This document shows, piece by piece, positions 1-9,006 of a stretch of DNA of 64,000 nt. Numbering within the stretch: the first letter of the stretch is position 1; every line of letters starts with the position of its first letter. The translations under genes were made by a program, and so were the position numbers. Under the pieces are notes generated by a model. The model ran no database searches, was not told the DNA's origin, and worked only from the letters and a program-made list of their open reading frames with translations. This stretch comes from an uncultured Chlamydiae bacterium (GTDB lineage: Bacteria; Chlamydiota; Chlamydiia; Chlamydiales; JAJFMA01), in contig CAVQMM010000001.1 of the NCBI GenBank assembly GCA_963713615.1, positions 2,752,001 to 2,816,000 of the forward strand. Direction: 5' to 3'.

Positions 1-411
1 GACCGCATTCAATATCAGATTCAGCCCTTCGACATTGTCCTGGTCAACACGCGTGCCGGATCGGTCTTCGGAACACAGGAATATCTGTCCGCAGGTTGTG
101 GCATGGGGCGTGAGGCCACTCTTTTTTTAACTGAGCAAGGGGTGAAAGTCGCTGGAACCGATGCATGGAGCTGGGATGCGCCGTTTTCTCATACAGCCAA
201 GCGCTTTGCTGCTACTGGAGATGCCAGTATGATATGGGAAGGTCATAAGGCTGGCAGGGAAATCGGTTACTGTCACCTCGAGAAATTGCACAATCTCGAA
301 GTGTTGCCTTCGAAAGACTTTACCGTGGCATGCTTCCCTGTAAAGATAAGGGGCGCCTCAGCGGGGTGGACTCGGGCCGTTGCTATGCTGCCTGAATATA
401 CCGGCATTTAG
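1..411 (+). CDS. cyclase family (kynurenine formamidase-like) protein, 5'-truncated by window edge
   Basis: Frame open from base 1 (DRIQYQIQPFDIVLVNTRAG...); motifs GTDAWSWD, HLEKLHNL and FPVKIRGASAGWTRAVA are typical of the putative cyclase family. Confidence 0.85.
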   Translation, partial: DRIQYQIQPFDIVLVNTRAGSVFGTQEYLSAGCGMGREATLFLTEQGVKVAGTDAWSWDAPFSHTAKRFAATGDASMIWEGHKAGREIGYCHLEKLHNLEVLPSKDFTVACFPVKIRGASAGWTRAVAMLPEYTGI

Positions 412-597
412 TTGAATTTCGAATTCGAAAACACAACTCTTAGATTTTCAATGCTTCACAAAAAACGCTTTCACTCAATCACAAGACACTACTCCCCAAT
501 CACTAAACAAACAGCTAATTAACATTTACAATTAAACATACTTAATATATAGTGATGTTTTAAATTAACATTCCTAAATAAATATAGAAGGAAGATC

Positions 598-1914
598 ATG
601 CAAAATACTCCCTCACTTAATCCATCCATGTCAAAGTCATACACAAGTGACTATTTCTCTATCCTTCAAGTAAAAGACATTTATACTACTCAAACAAGTA
701 ATGCTCTACGTTTAGGACTGCAAGAAACTAAGGATTATAGCAATCTCTATCTAATCCACTCAACGTGCTACTTTCCTGAGAATGGTACGATCAAAACTAG
801 GCTAGGCTACGAACTTCCGGACGAAATTGCAGGATTGAAAGATGTTATAGAACCGATATTTAGCATCTTAAGACCCACAGTACACTTTACGGTCAACCAT
901 GTGGTAGAAGCTCATTCAGATTATCGAAAGAAGCATGATAATAGCTATATCATCATTGAACCGTTTAACCAAGTTGCTGACCAAGTAGTAGGTGGATATC
1001 TTGAAGATGTCTTCAGCATTGGCACCTATGAACTTACAGATCAGGCTACCATTTTAGTGCCCGAGGCGTTGCAACATGAGCCTAGAACAAAAGAAAACCT
1101 TGCGAATCTCTCCAATAATATTAAAGTTATTTTCTATTCCGGAAATGCAGCAAAAGCAACAAACCTGTGGCTTCAAGAAAACCATGCAAGCAAAATCACA
1201 TCTTTTATTGATGATCCTAATATGCCTCAATTCATTCAAAAGATCGATAGTGACAAATACATTTCAAGTAAATCGCTTATGGATTCCTTAGGGAAAAATT
1301 TTGTATCGCACGATTTGACACCTACCGCTCAAATCGAAAATTCTATTGCGGGTAGGATTTGCACTAATAAACCTCCATTTATTGAATTGATTAAACAATC
1401 TGGATACCGATCCGCATGCAATTTAATCAAAGAATACACTCAAGCTACTAGATCTGTTTATAAACTTACAAGCAGTCAGGTTGAGTTTATTAATTTATAT
1501 GAAGAATCAATTTTACGAGCTCTGACGATCTTTAATAATTCAGTGTCCTTTGATGACCTGAGCTTGAATTTTTCCTTTGATAGTGAATTGATTATGCAAT
1601 TTGATTCGAAAATCGCATTAGACAGACAAATTGATAATCATCAAACAGCTCACGAACTCTCTGAAATATCAAAGCTACCCTTCGTAGCCTATTATAGAGC
1701 TAATTGCAACACCGTCGTTGACGCGGCGTTTCGCCTTGAACCGCACCACGCAAACCATAGCCAGATCGCTCAGATACTAAGTTTGATGCTCAACCTTAAC
1801 TTCACAATAAGTAAACAAACAAAACACACGTATGTCGTTTTGAGGGAAGTAAATAACCCTGTAATAGCAAGATCGATTTATAATGTGGCTCATCAGCCCA
1901 TAAAACCAAATTGA
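598..1914 (+). CDS. hypothetical protein, AT-rich, possible secreted effector
   Basis: 438-aa ORF with AGAAGGAAG RBS and very AT-rich upstream region; S/T/P-rich N-terminus; no family recognised. Confidence 0.7.
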   Translation: MQNTPSLNPSMSKSYTSDYFSILQVKDIYTTQTSNALRLGLQETKDYSNLYLIHSTCYFPENGTIKTRLGYELPDEIAGLKDVIEPIFSILRPTVHFTVNHVVEAHSDYRKKHDNSYIIIEPFNQVADQVVGGYLEDVFSIGTYELTDQATILVPEALQHEPRTKENLANLSNNIKVIFYSGNAAKATNLWLQENHASKITSFIDDPNMPQFIQKIDSDKYISSKSLMDSLGKNFVSHDLTPTAQIENSIAGRICTNKPPFIELIKQSGYRSACNLIKEYTQATRSVYKLTSSQVEFINLYEESILRALTIFNNSVSFDDLSLNFSFDSELIMQFDSKIALDRQIDNHQTAHELSEISKLPFVAYYRANCNTVVDAAFRLEPHHANHSQIAQILSLMLNLNFTISKQTKHTYVVLREVNNPVIARSIYNVAHQPIKPN

Positions 1915-1946
1915 TGAAGCTCTTGTAACGGCGTGCGATTCAATAG

Positions 1947-2106
1947 GGCCTTGTTCACCTTTACGGTCAGAATTTCGGTCGGACGAAAAAGGTCGGATGT
2001 CGTGGTTTGTGACGAGGGCATAGCGCCAGCTATGTCCGAGGAGCAAAACGCGACAGACGATCCTTTTGCAGTCGACCGAAAACTGACCGCAAAGGTGAAT
2101 AAGGCC
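1947..2106. mobile_element. 160-bp MITE with terminal inverted repeats and 8-bp TSD, inserted in a REP-like repeat arm
   Basis: Left end ggccttgttcacctttacggtcag and right end ctgaccgcaaaggtgaataaggcc; TTCAATAG at 1939-1946 and 2107-2114; removing it restores gcgattcaataggctcgcccaaatcc as seen at about 42191. Confidence 0.85.
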
Positions 2107-2311
2107 TTCAATAGGCTCGCCCAAATCCAAAGCGGTCGCGAGCACGCACTTCCAAGTAGCAAGGCGTTAGTGGGGTTACAAATTCGTAACAAAGGAAGGA
2201 AGAGAGCAGAATAGGGAGGATTACATCGGGCAGGGGCAAGGGCACGCACACGGGCACGAAGAAGCCTCTTTAGCGTTACTTTTGGATATTGGCGACGCAG
2301 TCGGTTGGGGC

Positions 2312-3754
2312 CTATGCTGCTAATGGAAGAACGGCTTTTTCGTTTGGCACAACCGTCAGTTCTGACATGCTACGACCAAGAACCTTGGCAGCACCAAGCC
2401 AACTAGCAATGGCCAGGATAATGATTACAGCGAGAAGTGGTACTCCGCCACCAATGGTTGCGAAGATCATCACTAGACCTTGGTGTACCACTGAGGCCAT
2501 CGATCTGCCCAAACGAGACCCCAGACCATCCACAGCGGCTTTACCCTGAGCCTTGATGTGAGATTCAAGAGGAATAAAGGCCAAGTCTTTACTGACGTCT
2601 AACAGAGAGTGCTTGCTGGCCCTGCCAGCACTGAATTGTACCGCTCCAACCATCACCGCAACAGTCATCAGAGTCGTGGTTTCAAATGGCAAGTATTCTC
2701 GCATTAATAAAAGCCCAAAGAAAACAACGCTACATCCCAGTAGGAAGATGGGGCTTATCATGGCTGTCTTGGTCCATCCAAAACGATCTAATAACGTGGG
2801 GGCAACCATTGCTAACAGGACTGTTAGTATTCCACATACCGTCGAAGTATGGCCTAAAAAGGTATTGTATTGATTGAAATCCGCATAGACCTCTTTGACT
2901 TCCGCCTTCCACACGAGTTCAAATAAGTTCATTACCAAATTGTAAGCAATAACCATCACAGCGAGACATAGAAGATGGCGATTCTGAAGGAGTTGATGCA
3001 GCTGTTGTAGGGCTCCCACGTTCATCTGATGCTTCGACGGTGATTTTCCAGCTTTGCCTAGTCCTACAACATAGGAACTCAATAGCCAGCGAAAGAGAAA
3101 AATTGTAGTCAAACATCCCGCGATGATAATTGTAGAAAGCCCATACACAGAGAAGTTGGGCATGACATTACCAACGAGGACAGAGACTTGCCCACCCACA
3201 GCAGCCCCTAAAGCACCTCCAATACGTACCCATGAATAGGATTTCTGCGCTTCGTCTAGAGGTGTAATTTCGTTTGCCAAGCTCCAAAAGATGACTGAAG
3301 TGACCATGCATGCCCATAGCTCACCGACGACAAAAAACAGAGAAAGTGTCCAATTGCGCATCATTGCTACAAAGCCCTTTAAACCCGTTGGAAGCAAGGA
3401 ACTGGCTGCCTCAGCGTAGCTCCGCGGTTCAATGATGTCGCGATAAGGGTAAAGAACGCAGGCGAAGAGAATAAAGAAGGCTAAGAAGCCTATGAGCAGC
3501 TTATAAATAACAGTGACTAGTCCTTGACGCTTTAGGGATGTACTAAACCACAGCGTTACTACACAGGTCAAAGGAAGCAACAACCACAGTTGAATAAATG
3601 GGATGACTTCAGCACCAGATCCTTCTGCTGTTATCACCAAAGCGTCTTTCATGGCGTGCAGTATGTTGTGAACGACACAAATGATGAAGAATATGATACT
3701 CATTAGTACCACTCTCTGACCGGATTTTTCTGCTGCTCCTTCAAAATTGGGCAC
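2312..3754 (-). CDS. TLC family nucleotide transporter (NTT), divergent paralog
   Basis: MKDALVIT..GAEVIPFI, ELW, WSLANEIT, LVWK, AFIPL...GKAAVDG motifs; multi-pass membrane protein. Confidence 0.85.
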   Translation of the reverse strand: MPNFEGAAEKSGQRVVLMSIIFFIICVVHNILHAMKDALVITAEGSGAEVIPFIQLWLLLPLTCVVTLWFSTSLKRQGLVTVIYKLLIGFLAFFILFACVLYPYRDIIEPRSYAEAASSLLPTGLKGFVAMMRNWTLSLFFVVGELWACMVTSVIFWSLANEITPLDEAQKSYSWVRIGGALGAAVGGQVSVLVGNVMPNFSVYGLSTIIIAGCLTTIFLFRWLLSSYVVGLGKAGKSPSKHQMNVGALQQLHQLLQNRHLLCLAVMVIAYNLVMNLFELVWKAEVKEVYADFNQYNTFLGHTSTVCGILTVLLAMVAPTLLDRFGWTKTAMISPIFLLGCSVVFFGLLLMREYLPFETTTLMTVAVMVGAVQFSAGRASKHSLLDVSKDLAFIPLESHIKAQGKAAVDGLGSRLGRSMASVVHQGLVMIFATIGGGVPLLAVIIILAIASWLGAAKVLGRSMSELTVVPNEKAVLPLAA

Positions 3755-3782
3755 TTATTTGTCTTCCTCCCTCTACACTATA

Positions 3783-5255
3783 TTATGCGGCTGCTCTGAC
3801 AGCGTCAGAAATGTTCTTCTCATTATCTCCATCTGCCTGATCACTAAACTTTCCAAATTGAATCCCTAGGTACTTAACAGCACCAATCCACACCACCAGG
3901 GATGTCAGCAGAACTAGCCCAACCATCGGAATGCTATTTGAGATCGTGGTAAACATAATAATGAAGACCTGATGGAATCCTGCGGAAGCACACCGTCCAA
4001 GGCGAGAAAGACCACCATCTATCGCTGCTTTGCTTTTGAGCTTGATAGCTGGATCAACAGGAATAAAGGCCATGTCCTTAGTACCATCAAGGACCGAATG
4101 CTTGGTTACGCGTGCTACAATTTCCATTAGGCCCCCTAGGAGCACACCAATTGTCAGTAGAATACTGGCGTGCGTCGGGAAGAAGTCAGTAAGGTATAGA
4201 GCGGTAAGAAATGCAAATCCGGTAACAAGCAACGAAATTGGGCAGATCATGGCTGTCTTTGTCCATCCCAAACGTGCCAATATGCGGGGAAACATCGACG
4301 CTACAACAATGGAGCCAATGCCAATCACAATGGTGATGTATCCCAAGTAGCGATTATAACTGCTGAAATCGGAGAAAACGTGTTTTAGTTGATCCTTCCA
4401 CACCAATTCTCCTACATTCAAAACAAGATTATATCCCAGAACAATGATACCAATGCTCAGGAGATAAGGAGATCTAAAAATGGATGCCAAAGCTTCGATG
4501 AGCCCGTCTTTCTTCGATCTATCGCGCGCATTAGCTTCATGACGAATAACATCGTACTCGGAGCCTACAAGGATCTGGGTTGTCATCCGGTGAAAAAGCA
4601 CCAACATGCCCAGTCCCATTGCTAAAACGACTGCCATCAATCCATAAACGGACATTTCCACCGAAAGATCACCCGCAGCCAAGGGCACAAGACCTGCTAG
4701 AGTAGCTCCTAGGTTACCCCCCATCATGTACACCCCATAGGAACGTCTGGCCGATGAGAGGCTGGAAATCGTGTTAGCAAAGCCCCAAAATAAAACCGCT
4801 GTAACCGTTGAGGCCCACAGTTCACCAACCGTATAAAAAGCACTAAAGGTCCAATTGCGAATCATACCCACCATGCCGTGCAAACCAGAGGGCATCCAGA
4901 TCAAGGTATCGTTCGCAAATGCCTGTGGATGTAAAACATCGCGTAGTGGGTAAAGAACCAAGGCAAAAAGAGCGAAAAAACCGAGAAAACTGCCAACGAC
5001 CACATAGAAAAGTGTAATTTGATTGTAACGACTCGCTAGACGAGTAAAGGCCCATGTAACAAACAATGTTGCTGGAAGCATCATCCAAATTTGAATGAAG
5101 GGTATCACCTCGGTAGCCGATCCCTCAGCCGTGATCACTAAGGCATCTTTCATGTTGCGGATGATGGAATGGATAAAGCAGATGAGGAAAAATATGAGAG
5201 TCATGAACAAAGTAATCCTACAACCAAGGCCTAACCTGTTGCGGATCCGAATCAT
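3783..5255 (-). CDS. TLC family nucleotide transporter (NTT), divergent paralog
   Basis: RNMKDALVIT..EVIPFI, ELW, FWGFAN, KDMAFIP..KSKAAIDG motifs. Confidence 0.85.
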   Translation of the reverse strand: MIRIRNRLGLGCRITLFMTLIFFLICFIHSIIRNMKDALVITAEGSATEVIPFIQIWMMLPATLFVTWAFTRLASRYNQITLFYVVVGSFLGFFALFALVLYPLRDVLHPQAFANDTLIWMPSGLHGMVGMIRNWTFSAFYTVGELWASTVTAVLFWGFANTISSLSSARRSYGVYMMGGNLGATLAGLVPLAAGDLSVEMSVYGLMAVVLAMGLGMLVLFHRMTTQILVGSEYDVIRHEANARDRSKKDGLIEALASIFRSPYLLSIGIIVLGYNLVLNVGELVWKDQLKHVFSDFSSYNRYLGYITIVIGIGSIVVASMFPRILARLGWTKTAMICPISLLVTGFAFLTALYLTDFFPTHASILLTIGVLLGGLMEIVARVTKHSVLDGTKDMAFIPVDPAIKLKSKAAIDGGLSRLGRCASAGFHQVFIIMFTTISNSIPMVGLVLLTSLVVWIGAVKYLGIQFGKFSDQADGDNEKNISDAVRAAA

Positions 5256-5404
5256 ACACCCTCGTACGTTCTATTTAATTAACAAGCCTAACAATTCTCC
5301 ACCAATTTTAATACAATATACAATTAAAGTAAAGACAAACGAATTAAATCAAGAAGCGCATTGTAAATAACCAAACAACGTATAGACTACTAGTGACTAT
5401 TGCA

Positions 5405-6916
5405 TTAAGCTGCTTGTGCAAGGTTTTTGCAGGCTGAACTATTCTTAACAGACTGTTGGGTAAGATCCGCAAACTGATATCCCAGAGAACACGCAGAGAC
5501 AACCCACACAAAAATACAACCCGTTATAATGACGAAGATCATAGGCATACTTTGACCAAGGCTGCTAAAGACTATAATACATAGTTGTTGAACGATGGCA
5601 GAGCCCGAAATAGCTATACGAGATAACGCCCCATCAATGACAGCCTTGCTTTTGAGTTTCAACTCGGTCTCCAGGGGAATAAAAGCCAAATCCTTGGTTC
5701 CATCAAATACCGAATACTTCGTCATGCGCCCCAGAACTTCCATTAAACCACCGGTAAGAACAACAATACCTAGTATGGTGACCGACTCAAAAGGCAAGTA
5801 GCTGCCAAAGCAGAGTATACCGAAGAAACAGACACTTGCCACACCTGTCGACGCTGGACATAACATAGCGGTTGCAGTCCATCCCAAAGTATTTAGGATG
5901 CGGGGTAGAAAACCAGCCAAAATCATGGCTCCTACCCCAATGGCTGTGGTGGTATAGCCCAAATAGTTGTTGTAAGCATTAAAGTCCCCACATACTCGTT
6001 TGAGCTGATCTTTCCAAACTACCCCGCCAATACTATTCACAAAGTTAAAGGCAAAAACAATGACCGCTAGGCACAGAAGGTAACGATTGCAGATGAGCAT
6101 ACGAAGAGATACTAAAAGAGAAATTTTCTCAGGTTTTTCACTTGGATCTATCACCTGGTGAATACAATCATACTCCGATCCTATGAGAACATAACGGGTC
6201 AGCCATTGAAACACCGCTAACGAGACTAATCCGGAGACTATAATCACGACTAACAGGATATAGATCGATAGTTCGGGGGAAATTCCACCTACAAGAGGAG
6301 GGATCAGGCCCGCCATCGTAGCCCCCAGATTGCCACCCATCGCATAAAGACCATAGGATCGTTTAGCTTGTTGCAAGTTACTAATTGCATTGGCAAAGCT
6401 CCAAAAGAGAACGGATGTTACCATACTTCCCCACAACTCACTCATTGTAAAAAAAGCACTGAATGACCAATTACGTAACATGCCTACCAGGCCGCGCAAC
6501 CCATTCGGCAATTGAGCTGATGCACCCAAAGCAAACTCATGCAGATGTATGAAATCGCGTAGAGGATATAAAACGCACGTGAATACGACAAAGAAAGCTA
6601 AGAATCCACCCAACACCAACTGAAACAACGTCCTTTGACTATAGCGAGATGCCAAGTAGGTAAAGACCCAAGTAGCCAATAATGTTGCCGGTAGCAGCAT
6701 CCAAAGTTGAATAAAAGGAATGACCTCAACATCAGCCCCCTCAGCTGTTATAACTAGGGAGTCCTTCATAATTCGCAAAAGTGAACGAACAATGCAAAGC
6801 AAGAAGCAGATTAGAGTCATCGCAAGGGTGATTTGACATTCGAGACCTAACCTCTGACGAATCCAGTTCAATAGGTTCCCGAAATTGGTTCCAATAAATC
6901 TAGCCACAACCACCAA
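5405..6916 (-). CDS. TLC family nucleotide transporter (NTT), divergent paralog
   Basis: MKDSLVIT..EVIPFI, SELWGS, FWSFAN, KYSVFDGTKDLAFIPL motifs. Confidence 0.85.
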   Translation of the reverse strand: MVVVARFIGTNFGNLLNWIRQRLGLECQITLAMTLICFLLCIVRSLLRIMKDSLVITAEGADVEVIPFIQLWMLLPATLLATWVFTYLASRYSQRTLFQLVLGGFLAFFVVFTCVLYPLRDFIHLHEFALGASAQLPNGLRGLVGMLRNWSFSAFFTMSELWGSMVTSVLFWSFANAISNLQQAKRSYGLYAMGGNLGATMAGLIPPLVGGISPELSIYILLVVIIVSGLVSLAVFQWLTRYVLIGSEYDCIHQVIDPSEKPEKISLLVSLRMLICNRYLLCLAVIVFAFNFVNSIGGVVWKDQLKRVCGDFNAYNNYLGYTTTAIGVGAMILAGFLPRILNTLGWTATAMLCPASTGVASVCFFGILCFGSYLPFESVTILGIVVLTGGLMEVLGRMTKYSVFDGTKDLAFIPLETELKLKSKAVIDGALSRIAISGSAIVQQLCIIVFSSLGQSMPMIFVIITGCIFVWVVSACSLGYQFADLTQQSVKNSSACKNLAQAA

Positions 6917-7018
6917 AGGCTAATTAATTTAGTTTTATAAGTTACAATTTTATATAATTAAAATCAATGCATTTTAACACTCATAAGTTAAATTAAATAA
7001 TAAATACTTTCAAAACTA

Positions 7019-7248
7019 GGCTCTTGGAAGGAATTGGGGTGCTTTGGAATCACAATCGTCAATCGTGGCGAAGCGCTTTGGAGCCCCAACCGACTGCGTC
7101 GCCAATATCCGAAAGTAACGCTAAAAAAGCCCCACGAGCTTCTATGCGCTCGCGCTGCGCGCCGAGTGACGATTGTGACTCCAAAGCGTAGCACATCTAT
7201 TCGATGGTTTGTGGCAGCAAAAAGCTCCCCCAATTCTTCCCAAGAACC
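7019..7248. mobile_element. composite MITE-like repeat (about 230 bp) with TIRs and an inner inverted repeat
   Basis: ggctcttggaaggaattgggg / ccccaattcttcccaagaacc ends; inner ctttggaatcacaatcgtca / tgacgattgtgactccaaag; core shared with 2265-2311; lone TIR copy at 24727. Confidence 0.7.
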
Positions 7249-7275
7249 TTATAAAATCCTGTTTTTCATCCGCTG

Positions 7276-8862
7276 CTAGGTAACAGCGGGAGCTTGAGTT
7301 TGCGACTCGGGTTGCACTGGATGTTCTAGGGCAAGAGCAGCAGCCACAGCCTCTGCTTCATGTTCCTCTCCGATCTGTTCACCCTTCTTCGCTACGAGAG
7401 CATGAAGCTGACGTCCCAAGGACTTGGTAGCAATGATCCAGGCCACAATAACAATTAATAGAATCGCGGCAACATAGGGGGCGCTGGCGCTGAGCGTGGT
7501 GAAGATCAATAATAGCCCTTGATGCAGGAGAGACCCTCCAGACTTGCCAAAACGTGAACCAACACCATCAATAGCCGCTTTACCTTTCAACTTATATTCG
7601 TGAGGCAAGGGAATAAAGGCCATCTCTTTGGTACCATCAAAAACGGAATACTTACAGCCTTTGCTTAAGGAATTCTGAGCTCCCCCAATAAAAACGATAA
7701 GGGCCAAGGGAGTAGCACCAAAAATCCAGGCGCCTTCGATCGAGATAAGATCTTTAAAAAACAGGAGGGTAAAAAAGCCGATACCTGTAATCAAAATAGT
7801 CATCGGAGTGATCAGAGCAGTAAAGGTCCAACCCATCTTTTTGATCAAGAAAGGCAGGAAAAAGCAAAGAAACAAAGAAATCAAGCCTACACCCGTGGTA
7901 ACATTACCCAGGTAATTATTATAATCAGCGAAGTTTGGATAGAGTTGCTTAAGCTGATCCTTCCAAACAACCTCAACGAGATTAATCACCAGGTTATATC
8001 CCACCACCAAAGCGGCAATACAGAGTAGGTATTTGCTTTGGCTGAGCTGTGACATGCTCTCACGCATCGATAGTTTCTGCCGCTGCTCACCTTCGAGAAG
8101 ACGACGACGACCATGAAGCGCATCATAGTTGCGATTATTGAGAACATAGATGTTCATCCAACGAAAAATAACCATCGTAGCAAAGCCACTGACCAGAATA
8201 AGAGTCATCAGAATGACTACAGAATCTCCAATTCCAGCATCTGCAACCATTGAAGGAACCTGACCAGCCAGAACAGCTGCAAGATTACCGCCAGCACTAA
8301 GAACTGCGTAAAAGCGTCTTGCATCACCGATGCGGGTCACCTCATTAGCAAACCCCCAGAATAGCACCGTTAGGACGATACATCCCCAAAGTTCCGATAC
8401 CACATATAAGCTGGTAAAAGTCCAATTTCGCAGCATGGAAACGACCCATCGAAAGCCACTCGGAAGGATGTTCTCTAAAGCTTCGGCCGTTTCATGGGGA
8501 TGAAGGGCATCCTGATTGGGATATAGCACGAAGACAAAGAGAGCAAAGAAGACCAAAAAGCCACTGATAATCATGTAAAAAACGTTTTCTTGACTATAAC
8601 GGCTGGCAAGCTTGGTATAGAGCAAGGTGAGTAGTACGGCCATAGGAAGCATTGCCCAGACCTTAATGAAGGGAATAACCTCTGCGCCTGAAGACTTTGC
8701 AGTGACTACCAGAGCATCCTTCATGTTGCGTAGGACGCTATAGTTAAAACAAATGCAGAGCAGCATCAGGAACATCGGCAATACCATGCGATTTTCCTCC
8801 CTGCGAATGGGCCAGAAAATTCCTCTTAAAGTTCCGAACTGAGGCTGCTGAGTTTGTTCCAT
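7276..8862 (-). CDS. TLC family nucleotide transporter, chlamydial NTT2-like
   Basis: FWPI, FNYSVLRNMKD, GAEVIPFIKVW, ELWG, LVEVVWK and GKSGG all canonical; resembles Protochlamydia NTT2 from memory. Confidence 0.9.
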   Translation of the reverse strand: MEQTQQPQFGTLRGIFWPIRREENRMVLPMFLMLLCICFNYSVLRNMKDALVVTAKSSGAEVIPFIKVWAMLPMAVLLTLLYTKLASRYSQENVFYMIISGFLVFFALFVFVLYPNQDALHPHETAEALENILPSGFRWVVSMLRNWTFTSLYVVSELWGCIVLTVLFWGFANEVTRIGDARRFYAVLSAGGNLAAVLAGQVPSMVADAGIGDSVVILMTLILVSGFATMVIFRWMNIYVLNNRNYDALHGRRRLLEGEQRQKLSMRESMSQLSQSKYLLCIAALVVGYNLVINLVEVVWKDQLKQLYPNFADYNNYLGNVTTGVGLISLFLCFFLPFLIKKMGWTFTALITPMTILITGIGFFTLLFFKDLISIEGAWIFGATPLALIVFIGGAQNSLSKGCKYSVFDGTKEMAFIPLPHEYKLKGKAAIDGVGSRFGKSGGSLLHQGLLLIFTTLSASAPYVAAILLIVIVAWIIATKSLGRQLHALVAKKGEQIGEEHEAEAVAAALALEHPVQPESQTQAPAVT

Positions 8863-9006
8863 AAATCCTCGAGAAAAACATTCTACACCAAGTATACCGC
8901 GTCAAACACATTTGACGAAGAAACAAGAAAAAAGCCCTTGTCGAATCGCCAGCCTATATAACCGCGCGTGGTATAGCTGGGGCCAACAACAGTAAATATT
9001 GTGTCA

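Noticed and set aside
2227..2258. gggca(c/g/a) hexamer-like run
   Set aside because: Short low-complexity fragment with no partner arm in the window
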